Assembly (NCBI GenBank): GCA_003427395.1
Contig: BFEA01000039.1
Location: 1,311,315 to 1,361,424, forward strand
Length of the DNA stretch: 50,110 bases
From: Chara braunii
Lineage: Eukaryota > Plantae > Charophyceae
Direction: 5' to 3'
Shown here one piece after another: positions 10,213 to 21,771 of this stretch (position 1 is its first letter; each line of letters begins with the position of its first letter). The translations under genes and the position numbers were made by a program. The notes beneath the pieces are model-generated. The model made no database searches and was not told the origin of the DNA. It was given only the letters and a program-made list of their open reading frames with translations.

Positions 10213-11226
10213 ATGGGGCAGTTTGACCCACCGTCCCGCCCGGCTCAGGCATTGATCTCTCTTGTGCATCCGAGGGTCATGGAATTCGTCAAGATCAATT
10301 CTCTCTATGCTCCTCCCCCCCATCCCCTGCTGATTTCTGTCCTGGCTTTCAATGACTGGGCTGACATTGTTTGGGCTTCCACGTATAATAAAGAGTCATT
10401 TCCACATATGTCTAGGGATTACGTCCTAGGAGCTAAGGAAATGCTGGATGAGGATATATTGGTTGACGCTTCGATCAGGGATGAGGTGTTGATGAAAGAA
10501 AAGGTTCTCATAGATTTGTGGAATGCAGTGTCGGAATTTCATGCGAATCTACTCCTCCCCTCCCCTCAGGAGCCTTATGGCTCGGATCCGAACTCTGATG
10601 AGGAGGATGGTCTGCCGCTCACTGAAGAGGAGAGGGTTTTTCATACTACGTTTGTGGCGGAATCAAGCGCTCAGCTAGCTGTTGGGTTAGCAAAGGAGAA
10701 AACAAAGGATGTCAACAAGTTCCTCCGAAATGTTTTTCTCCCAATCGCTCCGCCAAGATGGATTGAATCGGAGGCGAGGGCAAAGGGAGACAAGATATGG
10801 GATTTTGAGACCTTGAACCATTTGGGTCCCATTAGTGTTAACGCATATAGGCTATTGGCTTCTCTCACCGAGGAAGAAGTAAATCCCTGCCGTGAGCGAG
10901 CGCTCAATGAGAATACTGAGGTGATTAAGGGACCATATCCACGAACGGCGGATGCCATGAAGCTCCCAACGGTTGGACGGTTTGACCCTCTAAAATGCAC
11001 TGTTTCCTCCACGAACCTTGCGATTAGAGGTTTTTATCCCCCCAAGAGACAGACTGGGCTGGCGGAGTTGAAGAGGATACGGAATGTGGGGAGACCGTAT
11101 TTGAAGTGCCGTTGTGTGGAGTTGGGAAAGGGGGATTGTAAGATTAATGTAATGTGGTTTGATCACGTGCTTTGGTACATGCTTGCCAATCCGGATCTCA
11201 TGTTTCCTGCACCCCCGACGCTCTGA
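10213..11226 (+). CDS. Unknown ORF of the Penelope-like element with a C-terminal GRF-like zinc finger; probably continues through a frameshift towards 11709
   Basis: 337-aa non-repetitive ORF. RNVGRPYLKCRCVELGKGDCKINVMWFD resembles the N-x-G-R-x-[FY]-x-x-C...C-x-x-x-x-W-x-D end of zf-GRF. An acidic continuation (DALSEDESNEDFFEKDL) is present in another frame after a C-run. Confidence 0.55.
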   Translation: MGQFDPPSRPAQALISLVHPRVMEFVKINSLYAPPPHPLLISVLAFNDWADIVWASTYNKESFPHMSRDYVLGAKEMLDEDILVDASIRDEVLMKEKVLIDLWNAVSEFHANLLLPSPQEPYGSDPNSDEEDGLPLTEEERVFHTTFVAESSAQLAVGLAKEKTKDVNKFLRNVFLPIAPPRWIESEARAKGDKIWDFETLNHLGPISVNAYRLLASLTEEEVNPCRERALNENTEVIKGPYPRTADAMKLPTVGRFDPLKCTVSSTNLAIRGFYPPKRQTGLAELKRIRNVGRPYLKCRCVELGKGDCKINVMWFDHVLWYMLANPDLMFPAPPTL

Positions 11227-11962
11227 GCGAAGATGAAAGCAATGAGGACTTTTTTGAAAAAGACTTGGCGGATGCCCATCCTAGCTAGTGTGGTTTTCAT
11301 GGTGAAAATGACACATGTCGTAGTTGGTAATCTTGTCATAAGACAGGAGAGGATACTTGATGATGAGTCCCTCATGGTGAGGAAGTTTCTGAAGAAAATG
11401 GCTTCACTGTTGCTACCTAATCGCTACCTCAATAGTCCATCTAAGCGCAAGAGGCCCCTTGCCCAAGATGCTCGCCCTGCGAAGCGTCCTAATAGGACGA
11501 TCCTGTCGTATTACGTCACGCCGCAGCAGGACCTGCCAGCAGATGAGGATGAGTGGCACATTGTTGGGAAAGCGCGTCTTGTCGTTGCTGCAACCCCGCC
11601 GGATTCTACAGTGTCATTTCAGGCTGACACTGTGAATTCTGCCTCCAACAAACAACCGTTGAGGGGCAACAGGGCTAGTGCACCGAGTAGGATATTGTTC
11701 CGTTTGTAAATAGACAGTGGTGAGGAGGGAAGGGCTTATGTCCCTGTATATAGGCATTTTTGTTATGCACTAATATTGCTTGATTGTGATTTGGTTAATG
11801 TGTGATATGCAGGGAGTAATGGAGGGGGAGGGCAAAATGGTTGTTGACAAGGTAGGCAAGAATAAGTGGTCAGGTGCTCCATCGCCACGAGCAGAGTTAT
11901 ACATCCACACTAAGTATGAGAACAGGGCAATGGAGGTTGTCTGATTCAGGTCCATTATTGAG

Positions 11963-13920
11963 ATGGCTTTCGAGCGTTTTTTTTCGCCCACTGTGATTAT
12001 CCTCCTTGCAGTTGTAGTATTAGGATGGACTTACCATGAGTCGCTTGATTCTCTCTTGTACATGTCATCTTCGGTGTCCAGGGACTTTGTTTTGGAGGAA
12101 TGGCTCGGTTTTTGTATTGCCAGAGCTCATTGTCCTTGTGTGTTGAGCATATTCTGTCGTTTCCATGCCCCTGAGACTACCAATATGACTCAACCTTTCT
12201 CTACCCCTTCTCAACATGTTCTCACAATGAATTTTTCTGTTTCTCAAAATCGACAGTTGGCCTGGCTACTCTCCCAGGGGTTAAACCACATCCCCCCTCG
12301 CCCACGCTCTGCCCTTCGAGCGATCCAGTCCTTCCTTGCTTCGGGATCTCATTCGTCAACACATGCTGGGAAAGATGTTCATCCCGCCACCAGCAGTGAA
12401 GCTGGGTACTGCTTTTGTCAAAAAACAGCTTAACTTGCAAATCGCCAGTCTTGGTCTTAGACGACATTCGGACCCACCGTGTCTATTGGATACTAGTTCA
12501 GTAAGGGCTGAAATTAGCTTTTTAACAAGGAATTTGTTTGTGTCTAGAACAGACAAGGCGGCTAACACTCCATCATTTTCTTGCATGCACTTAGTTAGAA
12601 AGTTTGCCCTGGAAAGGTTATCTGGAGGGGACTTTGTGAGAACGGACCTTGATAGTATGAAAATCCTGTGTGAGGCCAGGGAATCTTTGGCTCGTGTTTC
12701 GCCAAGCATCATGCTTGGCCCTGAGAAAATTCCACACCTAATGGCCTTGTACAAACATCACAAGAAAGCTTTCAGATGGTTAACTAATGCTGCCGAAACT
12801 TTTCTCACTCCAGTAGCCTCCCTTTGTGACGAAGTGATTAAAGCCTTAATTTCCCTCGTTAAAACCCGTTGTAAGGAAGTGACTGATGGAATTCGTATCT
12901 TTCATGGGGTAGAAGCGACTGTCTGGTGGACCATTGATTCGATTCAGGATTATTGTTATAATCTGCTTGAAAATAATTTTACGGTTTTTTTGGGGGACAT
13001 CACCAGGTGTTTTGAAACCATCCCCACTGGTTCTGATGAGGATGGTCTCCCAGTTGCCTTCAGGTTTTTCGTGGACATTGCTTGGAAGATTGTTGACGCA
13101 AGAAAAATTGGATCAATGATGAAGTGCAGGATTTTGAAGAATAGGGAGTTTGAATGCGCAATGGCCAGCAAGACGGTTGTCTGTGGACATTCCATAATCC
13201 TCCTAAGAAAGGATGATGAGGTAATCCAATTAGTTGATTGGGTCCTCTGCAGGTGCTACATATCGTTTAGGGGGGTGATTTGGAAGCAAGTCAAGGGAAT
13301 TCCTATGGGATTGCCGTGTGCCCCTTCTCTCTGTAATCTCTATTTTTTTAAATATGAGTTTCAACTCATCATGCGCATTATTCGTAATAGAGCCTATGAG
13401 GTCATACCGATGTTGAAATATACCTACAAATATATAGACGACTTGCATAGCCTGAACAATCCGTTTACCCTCAAGTTTTTGGACCCTGACCAGCCGAGGG
13501 TGGATTCTAACATATTTCACATATACCCCATGCACTTGATTGATATCAAGAATCAGACTGAGGTGTTTGTGAAGCATGAGTCTGGCGAGGTGTATGACCT
13601 TAAGACCCAATTCCTTAATTATGAGATTTCGGTAATCTCCGACGCCACTGGCGCCAAATTTGATAAATGTCGCTCATTGAATTTTCCAATATGTAAATAT
13701 GTGAAATTTGATTCCAACAGGCACATTCAACTATCTGTGAATATCATAATTGGCCAGACTGCAGCCGTATTACTTCTCTGCACCTCTTCGGATACTGCGC
13801 AAAGGAAATCATGCAGTTAGTCAGTGATATGGTGAATAATGATTTCGTTCTCAGAAAATGCCTTGCTTGTGTGTTTAGGGTCCTTAACTCACCTTCTTCG
13901 TACATGCTTCCTAGAACGGA
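11963..13920 (+). pseudogene. Penelope-like reverse transcriptase, frameshifted (ORFs 11963-12433 and 12336-13820)
   Basis: N-terminal CPC...HVLTMNF..SQNRQLAWLLSQGLNHIP motif, then RTDKAAN, GDITRCFETIP, WKQVKGIPMGLPCAPSLCNLY, YKYIDD (YIDD at 13431-13442), FLNYEI and KFDKCRSLNFPI..FDSN. These are hallmarks of PLE RTs of the Naiad/Chlamys type. Confidence 0.85.
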
Positions 13921-15391
13921 TGTTCAGGAGACTGCAGCAAGGTTCAAGGTATGAGACTTCTGAAGAAAAGACTCTGCTCGTCTGCAAACCTTGCATATGT
14001 TGGTGTTTCTGTCTGTGTGATGTCTACTTACCAGCCCGACCAGTAGGGCTGTTATGGTAGTTGGCTGGTACCTAGCCTCATTAAGGCAGGTACCAGTTAC
14101 CTGCCTTAACGGTCCTTGGTCAGCCAACGAGGCAGGGGCGGGACACACACACACACACACACACACACATACGCGTGATTTACGAATATATGTATAGATA
14201 AGGAATGGTAAAATAATAATAAAAAATTGATGAGGACATACATGAGTATATGTAATTTTTTCAATAAAATGGGAATCGTAAGCATCATACGAGGATGCGG
14301 GTTAATATGCGTAGGATGGTGCAAGAAGTATGTCTTGAGTCTATTCAGTTTTTTCCCCCAGGAAGCTTGACGTTTAGTTATGTGTCATTGATCCTTTCCC
14401 TTTTTTAGAGGTCGACCTCTTATATCATAACAACTTGTGGTATGTTCACAATTATGGGTCCCCTTGATGGTAATGTGACTGCTAAATGGAAAACTGAAGC
14501 CGTTTTGCAACTGTTGTATTGAGCCCCACGACATGTAAAAGGGACAACCCCTTAGATTTCTCCCTTATAATACGAGCCGTAAAATTTATATGGTCGCGAA
14601 AATTGGAGGCTGTCATGGTTTGGATGAGGTACCCCAATTCTTGTGGGCCTACCTCGGGCGAACCTCTCTGCTTTAAAAAAAAATGGTACTTGTGCCTTCG
14701 AAAACAGGCGCGAATTTGAGTGAGTATTGAAGGCCCCAAAACAGAACTACGTCGTATGAAGAGTTGCTGACGTTCCAAGTATTTATCGGGTGACTCAGAG
14801 TAGTTAGGCCCTCTCTCATTGGTGGACTTGAGGGCAGCGGTTCTCATAATGATGATTCTGCCTCCTAAAGTGTCACCACTGGCGCTTGGTTGATTAGTTC
14901 GACGATACTCCCACGCGCGTTTGCCGGTTCCAGTCTGCGCCATCGCTCCTGATTTCTATCTCTCTCGCTGTCTCTCTCTCTTTCATCATTTTTTTCTCAT
15001 TCTCTCTCTCTCTTTCCCTCCCTATCTCCCTCGCTCGCACGTTCTTTTGTCCCGTCCTCCTCCTCTCTTTCTTCCGCTTGCCTACCTGCTAGTGTTCTCT
15101 CTTTTCTTCCTCTCTCGCATCCTGTTTATTCAGCATTTCTCTCTACAAGCTTCCTCCTGCTTGCCTATGTGATTGCTGGAGTTCGACCAATTACGTTTTC
15201 TTCGCTTGCTCGACGGACTGCGAACATGACTGGAGCATCGTCCTCTTTGACTATGCGCCCTGCGGTAATATGAGCGAGCTCTAAGATTGTCATGCCCGCC
15301 ACCCACCCCCTCCCCGTCCTTGTGTCATCTCTATCCCTGATGTGCTCGAAAGCACCCAGTCCCCTTCGGAGCGCTAACTAAGGGTTTTTTT

Positions 15392-15443
15392 CTTCCCCTG
15401 ATGAGCCAACCCTGGTGGGAGTTGGCGAAATGGCCTTTGGGAG
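15392..15443 (+). ncRNA. Type I hammerhead ribozyme (degenerate), PLE-associated
   Basis: ttccc-CTGATGA-GCCAAC-cctggtggga-GTTGGC-GAAA-tggcc-ttt-gggag. The core CUGAUGA and GAAA are conserved, stem II is a perfect 6 bp, stem I is ttccc/gggag, and stem III is a short palindromic ggcc as in PLE minimal hammerheads. Confidence 0.78.
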
Positions 15444-16049
15444 TCCCCACTACCCCCCTTTGTTGCGCATCTTCTTTTTTTTCCCATTTTTATTATAAGT
15501 ACTTGATGTTACCTGACCATGTTGCATGTGAAAAAAACCTGCTTTGTTTCTGTATAATGTTTTTCTTGTAGGAGCTCGTTGCTGCTTCTGGTTTATCTTG
15601 AGGCATTCTTGATAGATGGAGGGAGCCATTTTTGTTCTTGGCATCGTCGTCGTCTGGTCAATACTTTTTGGATACCTAGCCTTCATTTTCCAGTTAGAGG
15701 ACTGAGTCTCTCGTCTCAAGGCTTGTTGCTGTTAGTTTTTGATACATAATAATTGCTTTATTGCTACTGGAGTCGGGGGAGGTGTTTGGCGTAGGAATGG
15801 CTGGATGGATGTTTCATGGGGGAGCTTGATTAAGATGGGTGGTGGTGGTGGCTTTCGTCATCCTGACGACATCCTCGCTTGTTTTGTTTTTTTCAGTAGG
15901 GGCTGATAATCGCAATAATGATGGTGGAATGTGCTGGATAAGTGTTCCTCGTGATTACATGAGGGTGGGTGACATAACCCTGGTTGTAGTTTACCTGGCC
16001 TTCTTGGTAGTTATCATGATGCTCCTTGTAGTCGGTGACGAGCGTATGG

Positions 16050-16822
16050 CTCGAGTACCCTGTTGCTATTGTAATGATTATGGATGAGGTGTTGGACACC
16101 GTGGACTCGTTTCGCAAGTAAATATGGGGAACTGAATTAGTATCTATCGCCAAGGATGACAATCACGTATCCCATGGTGATCTGGGTTGATGTCTGGAGA
16201 AATGGTGGTGGGGTGGATGATTTTTTTTCGATTTTTGTGCGGAGGAGTATGTTTCGGTTTCTCATTGATATTCCATTCCTACTGGTAGCTATCATGGAGG
16301 TGTGTTTAGTTCTGAACTTGTGCTCCTAGTTCTTGTGAATAAAGGAGGAGCCTAGTAGTGGTATTGATTCTCTATGCTTTCTCGGGAATTAATGGTGTCA
16401 AAGGAGTTGCAATTCTGAGTAGTATCCTGATTGGGCGTTTTGCCTTGGTATTTTTTTGATAGGCGAGTAGGTCGGGCGTTGTGTGGATAATCGGGGACTT
16501 TGACCTGAGGGTAATGGCGGCATGCCATTTTCGAATAGTCACGCACAGCCAGTCAGAAGCCTCTACTTGTGCCCTAAATAGCGGGATAGTTATTGGGGTG
16601 AGGAATTAGTCCGGCGCTCTGACGGATGCGATTTTTTGCAGAGTTCGTTGTGATGATGCTTGGAGTATGAGTGAATAACGGGAATTATCCCAATAATTGC
16701 TGAGGTTCTTGAGTATATTGGCTATTTACCTCTATCATCTCCTCTTTCTCACTCTGCTTACCTCTGCTTCGCTCCCTTTGTGAGATGCACTTCCACTCCT
16801 CTACCTTTCTCCTCTCTCTCTC

Positions 16823-16903
<81 letters not shown>

Positions 16904-16943
16904 NNNNNNNNNNNNNNNNNNNNNNNNNNNNNNNNNNNNNNNN

Positions 16944-17007
<64 letters not shown>

Positions 17008-17174
17008 TAACCTCTCGCACTCTTTTTCTCGAATCTATGATGCGCCCTCCTGCCCAGTACCTCTCCCGTCTTCCGAATCGCCTGAGCACCCTTGTTATGA
17101 TCGTAGCATCTGTTCATTTGAGTGTGCAGTTGTATTTCTGAATACATGCTTGTCGTTGCAATAAATGAATAGTA
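16050..17174 (+). repeat. Right terminal direct repeat of the PLE, part 1 (contains expanded (CT)n)
   Basis: Colinear with 8773-9759. Confidence 0.88.
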
Positions 17175-19793
17175 TGTGACGCTCAAACCTCACGCTCTGC
17201 GCTGTCTTTCGTTCGGAGTGTTTAAATTGCGAAAGGGGGCCCAGAAAGGCAGCGAAATGGGGTGTGCCAAGGATTTTTGGAAAGTTGAGTGTGGGGACAC
17301 GGACAAAACCGAAGTCCCTTGTGCCGGTCCGACTTAGTAAGAAGGGGGAGGGTCCGTCACTGCGCGGGTTTTGAGGGAGAAAAAGGCGCGCGCGGGACGT
17401 ACGGCGCGGGGAAGTTTAATCCAAAAAGTATTGTTGAACTTCCCATCGAGCCGTTGCTCTTCGCTTTGCGTGAAAGGGTGCGGGTACGTATTTGGTGTCC
17501 CGTTTCCAGATCAAATCCCGACGCCGCTCATTGCATAACTCAGAATCTGACGTTGAGGGTCCCAGTCGCGTGAGTCTTTCCTTATGTTCGTCCTCACTCC
17601 GTAGTCGGTAGTGAAAGCCTTTTGATCGGTAACGCTCGAAGCGACAACAATCGCTGCACAGAGTGTTAGGCCAATGAGGCGTCACTGCCGGCCACGGAAT
17701 GATGATCAACTCATTAAACGGCAATAGCAGCAAATAAGGCAGAAAATGTGTGTCAACAATGACAAAACCAGCGTCGACAAACCCTGAGCATCGAGTTTCG
17801 GGAGGGAAATAGTATCGGCCTCCGATCTTGGCGACGACTTCTCATACGTCCCACTCGCATACACGTGCCCTCTTTTCGTTGTACGGGGAGGGACGTGGCG
17901 GGGATACGGGAGGCCGACGCCCAGTCGGGTTGAGGCCATCAGTCCACATGGCAATCCAATTAGTCGAGAAAGTCGGTCTCAATGGTCATTAGTCCGACAA
18001 TCGTAATGATAAAAAATACACTACCCGTCGCTCGGGTTTTCTGTATCGAAGGCAAGCTGCAGATGTCGTGCAGCATAAGGCAGATGGCATGCGTAGCGCA
18101 TTCCAAGTTAAAGATCTCGGGGTGCTCTCCCGCAATCACAACACCGACAAATCTAAACACTCTTGCATTTTCGAACAAAATCCCAACAACAGTATCTTTG
18201 CCTACGATCCGACCATATCCATACATTCCATTCGTAACAACTCTTCAGCCTAATCAAGGACCAGCCCATCAATCAGCAATTTTATCATCCGAATATCCCG
18301 ATCTACACTCGTGGTCGCTTTTCGCGGAAGGTGCGAAAATGGCAGCCATGCATCATTCAGTTCTCCGTGTGCTCTGCACCCTTGTCCTGTCATCCCATGG
18401 CCAACCAAACGCAAGCCCATCAGACAACCATTTCATGACAGACATTCATAGTTATTTATGCCTTAAAGTAGGTGGGGAAAAAAAGTGCGAAAATGAGCGA
18501 GAACAACAAGATAGATGAAGATCATGCAAAAATCCGAAGATGAAAAAGGAGTTTCGGCTTAACTGCCGTTGAGTCATACTCACACCAAAGGATAGACTCA
18601 AGACAAAAAGGCGCATCCGCCGTGAAATTCCACTATGGCCCCGGGCCATTCAACTCCGATCACTATGCACGCACTGACGATCCCGGTCGTCACGTGCCAC
18701 TCTCCACCACTGCGATCGTCACCCCGCCGACTTAGTCTCGACACGGCCTGCCCAGATCCCACAGTCCGTCGTGGCAATCAGGCGCACCGCCGGCCAGGCT
18801 ACAGTCAGCTTGTTGGGACTTTTCGACTCGCACTCCACGCATACCATCTAGCCACTGCTTCCCGGAAGCTGGCAGATAAGTTGAGAGAGAGTTTTGCGGG
18901 CGCGCTTGCGGAATTTGTAGTTGTGGGAAGGGAGGTAGGTACGAGGGAGGATGAAGGTTGAGTCAGTGAAGTGTGAGAGGGGACGTGAGGATAATCGCCC
19001 GGCGAAAGCCATGTCAATCCTGCTGAGTCCGATCACAGCCAATCAGAGTCGTCGCGTAACAGGAGTCTCCCCTTACACGACGCCTCTCCTTGGCTGGACG
19101 GAGTGAGGAGAGGGTCGACCGGGCTCTTGGGCATAGGACTTAGAGTGGGAGAGAGAGGAGTGCGCAGGATAGCGCGAAACGGATCCAAGATTCAAATGAT
19201 CAAGAAAGAGAAAAGGCGCGGGGAAGGGCGGGGGAGAGAGAGAGAGAAAGAGAGGAAAAAACGGCTACAGCAGGAGAGTGAGCGTGGGCACGAAGGGAGT
19301 GTCGAAGATGGTGAGGGGAGCAGAAAGGGGGAAGCTCGCTTGCATGGCGCCAATCACAAATGCAAAAAGAGGCACCAAAACAGTTACAGATTCCTAAATC
19401 CTATGCTAATTCAAAAACTGAAATCACCACATCCGCGCGTAAAGTAGGCGCGGGAAAAGGCCGTCCTACACCCATTAGTATTCCCACCAAATTCCCAGAG
19501 TTTTCCGTGACGTAGTCGAGAACATTCATGCACAAAAAGGACACGTCGGGGTTCCGTTTATTTTGGAATTTCTAACTGCCGTGCCAAATTCATAGCGCGC
19601 TTACTAAAGCGCACGCAATTCCCATGCATTTCCATATTATGAAAACAGAATTTCAAGAATCAACACGGGTCTCAGCAAGGCATCTTTATTCGGACACAGA
19701 GAGGGGGCCTTGCAGGGCCGAGCAAAATTCGAAAAGAAAAAGAGAGAGAAGGGGTCCGGAAGATGGCGCAGGCTCGGAAGCTAGTTCGTCACA
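17175..19793. mobile_element. Solo-LTR-like insertion (TG...CA, 2619 bp) inside the PLE right repeat
   Basis: Starts TGTGACG and ends CGTCACA (7-bp terminal inverted repeat). It is absent from the left repeat copy, which reads atggtaagcg. A 4-bp target duplication flanks it: agta (17171-17174) and ggta (19794-19797). No gag/pol motifs are recognisable. Confidence 0.8.
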
Positions 19794-19980
19794 GGTAAGC
19801 GTTGTGTGCTAGGACGAGGATGCACTCGAACATTTTTCTTCCTTCGGCTGCCCTTTATGGAAGTAAAATGCCATAAGAAGAGTTGATGATCCCTTTCTTC
19901 TTTGAGCCCGAATTGCATCGAGCAGAGCTTTGCAGGCTGCCATGACTATGCTCGTGGGGGTTTAGTATCATATTACACAC
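19794..19980 (+). repeat. Right terminal direct repeat of the PLE, part 2
   Basis: ggtaagcgttgtgtgctaggacgagg...tttagtatcatattacacac matches 9756-9942 and ends in (CA)n. Confidence 0.88.
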
Positions 19981-20431
19981 ACACACACGCACACACGCGC
20001 GCGCACGATATTTCCATTATGAATGCCTGGATGTTCTGACGACTGCCTCGCCCCTCCAGCTCCTGACGTCATGGCCTGCTCACCTCGTTGAATTGGATTG
20101 GATCTCGTGAGGACGAGTATCGTTGAATTTGAGAGACCCGCAAGCTCGGGTGATCTTGCCCCGTCCCTCCCTTTGCTCCTTAGTATCTGATGGGTTACGC
20201 ATGACATCTCTCTTACATGTATGCATCTATTGAGCTGTGGCTCTGATGACGGCAACGAATAAGGATTCTGATATAATGATTTCGGTGCATGATGGTCGTC
20301 TTCTTGATTGAATCAGATTGCATAGACTCACGCCTCGGATGGGCTTGTACTGTGGATGGAAGATAAGGAGAACCTAGTGTTGGGTCTGTTTATTCATTTG
20401 GTCGAATAACGGATTGAGTAAGAAGGTACAT

Positions 20432-20502
20432 GAGGCCAATGGGAATTGAACCCAAAACCTTCTGAATGCCACTTGTGTGCCTTACCAACTGAGCTAGGCC
20501 GA
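20432..20502 (-). pseudogene. tRNA-derived sequence (tRNA pseudogene or SINE head)
   Basis: Reverse complement GGCCTAGCTCAGTTGGTAAGGCACACAAGTGGCATTCAGAAGGTTTTGGGTTCAATTCCCATTGGCC has A box TAGCTCAGTTGG, B box GGTTCAATTCC and TpsiC stem tggg/ccca. The anticodon arm does not pair. Confidence 0.7.
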
Positions 20503-21616
20503 TGTTTTGACGAGTTCTGTATAAAAGCTAGCCCGAGTTTTTTTTTTCCCTTTTTTTTCTTCCTCCTGATAGCTGGCCATGATTGGCTCTCAATGAGTCC
20601 TATATAAAACCCCGTGTGAGCATACCCTACTCTGTTACCTTCCTTTCCACTGACCTTCGCGATAGGTGGGCAGCCCGTCCGCCCTCGGTTGTGGAGAAAT
20701 CGCGGGATCCTTTCAGGATGCGCAGCAGACACTTTCAAGGCGCCACCCCAGCTTTCACTGTGACACGTGGGCGAGTTCCCGTCCACTGGAACGATATATT
20801 GCTTCTCCGAGTCGCCCCCGCCACGGTTCGGAATTTTTTTTCACCAGTTTTCCGCTACCACTGCGATTTCTCCAGTTTCCCGCTTGTCAATAGGCAACGC
20901 CGCACATACGATCCTGTGTTCGCGTCGGACACTCGCTCTCTATCTCACGAAAATCTGCCCGCGCAGCAATTGGTCTATAATATAGAGGCCCGTGTTCGAA
21001 TCCGAGCCCGAGTTCCAACGCAAATGCAAAAACAGGAAAAAACAATCGGCCCGCGCACCCACGTCGCGCCCGACCAAGCGTGCTCCTCTTTCGGACTCCG
21101 GCCTCAGCGCCTCGCACCTCTATTCTCCAAATGTGAAAAATGGAAATGAATCTTCTGCTAGAACATGGGCAGGTACGTGGCCATATGTTTTTGTCTTTTG
21201 TGCATGTGGTGAGTGGTGGGCCGAAACCCTCACACCCAGATCGACGGCTGTTGCGAATCTGTCTGGAATTTGTTTTTTTTTGTTTTCGTAAAGGTCTAGA
21301 AGTTTCCTGAATCCGTGCTGCAGAGTTCGCAAGTATCAGAATTAATACAAATGCGCTTTGGGGCGCGCTGGGCGGGGGTACGGCCGCCGCGCTGCACTAA
21401 GTAGTGTCGATGGATTGTGTGGCGCGTGGGACTCGGGGGAGGCGGGTGTGCGACTGTCAGGTCTGCGGTAGCGCTTAGTCATGGCGATTGGTTGACCTAT
21501 GCGAATTGAGTGGGCGGATAGTGAATACTATAATAGTCTTAGCCTACATGTTCCTACATCACTTAAGGAAGGGAAGGAAGGAAGGAAGGAAGGCAGGCAG
21601 GCAGGCAGGCAGCCAT

Positions 21617-21771
21617 CCTGGGGCCAAGTCCCACTAGCAGAGTTGAGTTTACTCAACGCCCGAATTTAGACGTGTTTAGCGTTGAGTTTCCTCAACCGCA
21701 CATCTCCACAAACACATTCAGATTCGGGCATTTGAAGAAATTCAACACTGATAGTGGGACTTAGCCCCAGG
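21617..21771. mobile_element. MITE-like element with ~60-bp terminal inverted repeats (PIF/Harbinger-like ends)
   Basis: cctggggccaagtcccactagcagagttgagtt...gcccgaatttagacgtgttt matches the reverse complement of the right end, cctggggctaagtcccactatcagtgttgaatt...gcccgaatctgaatgtgttt. The GGGC termini are flanked by ctg and cag. Confidence 0.72.

Larger units (their letters stand above)
8773..19980 (+). mobile_element. Penelope-like retroelement (Naiad/Chlamys-like) with terminal direct repeats (pseudo-LTRs), decayed
   Basis: PLE-type RT, a hammerhead ribozyme in the 3' region, and a ~1.17-kb direct repeat at both ends (8773-9942 and 16050-17174 plus 19794-19980). Confidence 0.75.

Noticed and set aside
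11740-11760. Possible YIG half-motif (SLYIG) of a GIY-YIG nuclease upstream of the RT
   Set aside because: There is no preceding GIY-like motif or downstream R/H/E residues in an open frame, so it is too short to support.
14482-14943. 153-aa minus-strand ORF in the PLE 3' region
   Set aside because: No recognisable motif, antisense to the element, and its length is compatible with chance.
17289-19447. Several 60-180-aa ORFs inside the TG...CA insertion
   Set aside because: No gag, protease, RT, integrase or transposase motifs.
8773-19980. LTR-retrotransposon or DIRS interpretation of the 1.17-kb direct repeats
   Set aside because: The repeats lack TG...CA ends and PBS/PPT, there is no gag, integrase, RNase H or tyrosine recombinase, and the RT motifs and hammerhead are PLE-type.
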